Source: a virus (lineage: Duplodnaviria > Caudoviricetes). Taken from it: 64,000 nt of DNA. The notes beneath the pieces are model-generated. The model ran no database searches, was not told the origin of the DNA, and was given only the letters and a program-made list of their open reading frames with translations. This document shows, one piece after another, positions 62,252-64,000 of this stretch (its first letter is position 1; every line of letters starts with the position of its first letter). The position numbers and the translations under genes are program-made. The stretch is from the IMG/VR virus record IMGVR_UViG_2907233695_000001, positions 1-64,000 of that record; one strand, written 5' to 3'.

Positions 62252-63685
62252 CTAAACTACACTTAATTTCTTGTCCATCATTTCAAGTCTACCAACCTCT
62301 ACATCATGCAACCTCAAAAAGTTGTCCCAAGTTTCAATACATTTTTCTCTATTAACTTCATTTAATTTACTATTCACATTCATAATCAAAAAAGCACTAT
62401 ATAAATCACGTTGCACTAAATTATTTCCAATCTTCTTCCATCTTTCTTCTATAGTAGATTTTTTGTATGTGTCATCAATGTGACTGTACTGACTTGCTCT
62501 TGTCGATCTTGTGTCAATTTCGTTTAAAAGCAATCCATAATAACTCAATTTATTTTTTAGTATATTAATAAACATTGAAGGCGCTTTATTACTTATTGAT
62601 TTACCATATCTCTTTTTGCTCTTGAATTTTCCATGTTTATTCTTCTCTGTTTCTTTGGATCGTCTACTCAATCCAGCATAAGATATTGGCTCTATATAAA
62701 ATTCATTTCCAAGTGATACAATTTCGTTAGCAAGAACATTATGATCCATTTTTCTTATGCTTGCTAATTTGCGTTGTAATTCTGCCAGTGCGTTTTTCGT
62801 TTTAATATAACTCTTACTTAAAATCCATTTGTCTTTATTTCCTTTTTTAATTGTCCCGTCTTCATTGAATTTATGAGGATTATTCGCCCTACATTGACGA
62901 TCTAATTTGCGTTGCAATCTACGTTTTTCTTTATCAATACTGTTGATACTTGGTGCAAGCTCATATATTTTAGCAGAAGTTTCACACGACACAGCCATAA
63001 TCTGTAATGATGTATCAATCCCAACTTTACCTTCGCCAAATTTATGTTTAAACATTCCAGTTTCATTGTCAATCTTTTTTGGAGGGATGCCTTCAAGTAC
63101 AAGTTGAATATAATACCTAGTTTCACCTCTAATCAATTTGCGAACAATACGACAATATTTAATTTTTCTTGTTAATGCTTCATATGCATAATCGTCATTC
63201 TTCTTAAGAAGGACTGGAATTTTTAATTTATTCCATTCAAGATGCTCGTTACGATACTTAATACCTTGTCTATTACTTGCACCTTCAATTGAGTCCATTT
63301 CGCCAACTCGTTTAATATATACCCTCTTGGCTCTGCCGATCATTATTTTAAACGTTGCAGCAAAAGCTCTTTGTGCTAATTTCTGAGTTGTACTTGAATC
63401 AATGCCGTTAAATTCATTCACACGCAAAGGAGTTGAAAACATGATCATGTCATTTTTAGTAAATTTAAATTCAGTTTGAATTCGTGCGTATGCCTTAGAC
63501 TGTTCTTTTTTTGGCAGATTTTTAATATTTCGATATTGTCTTGATTGTCGCATTAGATTGAGCCGTTTTAGCGACTCTTTTAGTAAGGCATTGTAAAGTT
63601 TGCGAGACAACTCAAAGTATTTCTCTAACGCATGATTGTCAGAAATTGATGAATTTAAAGGTAATTCTAAAATAAATGTTGACAA
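62252..63685 (-). CDS. tnpB: TnpB-family RNA-guided endonuclease (IS200/IS605-like), no tnpA nearby
   Basis: RKLYNALL N-terminus; RuvC I VGIDTS, RuvC II FYIEP, RuvC III QRDLYSAFLI. Confidence 0.85.
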   Translation of the reverse strand: MSTFILELPLNSSISDNHALEKYFELSRKLYNALLKESLKRLNLMRQSRQYRNIKNLPKKEQSKAYARIQTEFKFTKNDMIMFSTPLRVNEFNGIDSSTTQKLAQRAFAATFKIMIGRAKRVYIKRVGEMDSIEGASNRQGIKYRNEHLEWNKLKIPVLLKKNDDYAYEALTRKIKYCRIVRKLIRGETRYYIQLVLEGIPPKKIDNETGMFKHKFGEGKVGIDTSLQIMAVSCETSAKIYELAPSINSIDKEKRRLQRKLDRQCRANNPHKFNEDGTIKKGNKDKWILSKSYIKTKNALAELQRKLASIRKMDHNVLANEIVSLGNEFYIEPISYAGLSRRSKETEKNKHGKFKSKKRYGKSISNKAPSMFINILKNKLSYYGLLLNEIDTRSTRASQYSHIDDTYKKSTIEERWKKIGNNLVQRDLYSAFLIMNVNSKLNEVNREKCIETWDNFLRLHDVEVGRLEMMDKKLSVV

Positions 63686-63721
63686 GAAATATTTTCACCT
63701 CCTATCTCGCGTAGAAAAATT

Positions 63722-63943
63722 CTAAATCATTTCTCTTTCAATGTACGACTCCAAAACTCCTGCTGTTATCGCAATATTTCGTCCTGAAGTGTCCAAGTAG
63801 TCGTACCAGTTCTCACCTGTCACCTCAGATAAACTTGGTGCTTTCTTAATGCCATGAGCCTCATCTACAATTCTAACATATCTACGTCCAATGAAGTATT
63901 TATATTCTTTACCTTTAACTTCAATTGACCTCATATGGCTCAC
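63722..63943 (-). CDS. Hypothetical protein
   Basis: 73-aa ORF with GGGAGGTG RBS. Confidence 0.65.
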   Translation of the reverse strand: MSHMRSIEVKGKEYKYFIGRRYVRIVDEAHGIKKAPSLSEVTGENWYDYLDTSGRNIAITAGVLESYIEREMI

Positions 63944-64000
63944 CTCCCTTTAGAATTTTTTTTGATTTAACATCACTTATTAATTACATACTGTTCATAC

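Larger units (their letters stand above)
1..64000. mobile_element. Segment of a large SPbeta-like temperate phage/prophage (early, replication and lysogeny-control regions)
   Basis: Near-uniform minus-strand coding; phage-type dnaE, dnaB, dnaG, nrdIEF and thyX; Gp157; Sak4-like ATPase; YopQ/YopR-like pair; dozens of small ORFans; many free-standing homing endonucleases; no host housekeeping operons. Confidence 0.9.

Noticed and set aside
835-63107. Most plus-strand ORFs in the track
   Set aside because: They are antisense shadows of minus-strand genes with no RBS or recognisable motifs; only 10965..11642 and 35229..35612 are accepted
54025-64000. Arbitrium system (aimR/aimP/aimX)
   Set aside because: No TPR/RRNPP-type regulator or AimP-like propeptide is recognisable in the window; it may lie outside
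1-64000. tRNA/rRNA genes, att sites and virion structural genes
   Set aside because: None recognisable in this window

Overview
An AT-rich 64-kb segment of a large temperate phage or prophage with SPbeta-like organisation. The host is probably a spore-forming Bacillales such as Paenibacillus (inferred from the protein families). Almost every gene lies on the minus strand. Reading right to left in transcription order: a solo tnpB; a homing-endonuclease-like gene; a YopQ-like gene and a catalytically dead integrase-fold repressor (MrpR/YopR-like); an agr-type peptide-signalling module with no kinase (agrB, a membrane sensor, an unannotated agrD, two stand-alone LytTR proteins); then long arrays of small accessory genes interleaved with replication and nucleotide-metabolism genes (SSB-like, Sak4-like ATPase, Gp157, helicase, primase, RNA ligase, Cas4-like nuclease, nrdIEF-nrdH, NTP pyrophosphatase, thyX, phosphatase, speD, dnaE, RecU-like). 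Two observations stand out. (1) About 40 copies of a 16-bp imperfect palindrome, (T/C)RAAA-N6-TTT(T/C)R, sit at the junctions between accessory genes and were not seen between core genes; four copies have a second palindrome exactly 16 bp away. This looks like an integron-like gene-cassette system in a phage. (2) The agr-like module lies directly downstream of the presumed master repressor, has tandem Spo0A-like boxes, and has a second receptor paralog 45 kb away. The arrays also carry truncated fragments of host sporulation proteins (sigma N-terminus, PrkA C-terminus, YhbH C-terminus, FtsK/SpoIIIE gamma domain). All family assignments come from motif recognition by eye, not from database searches.
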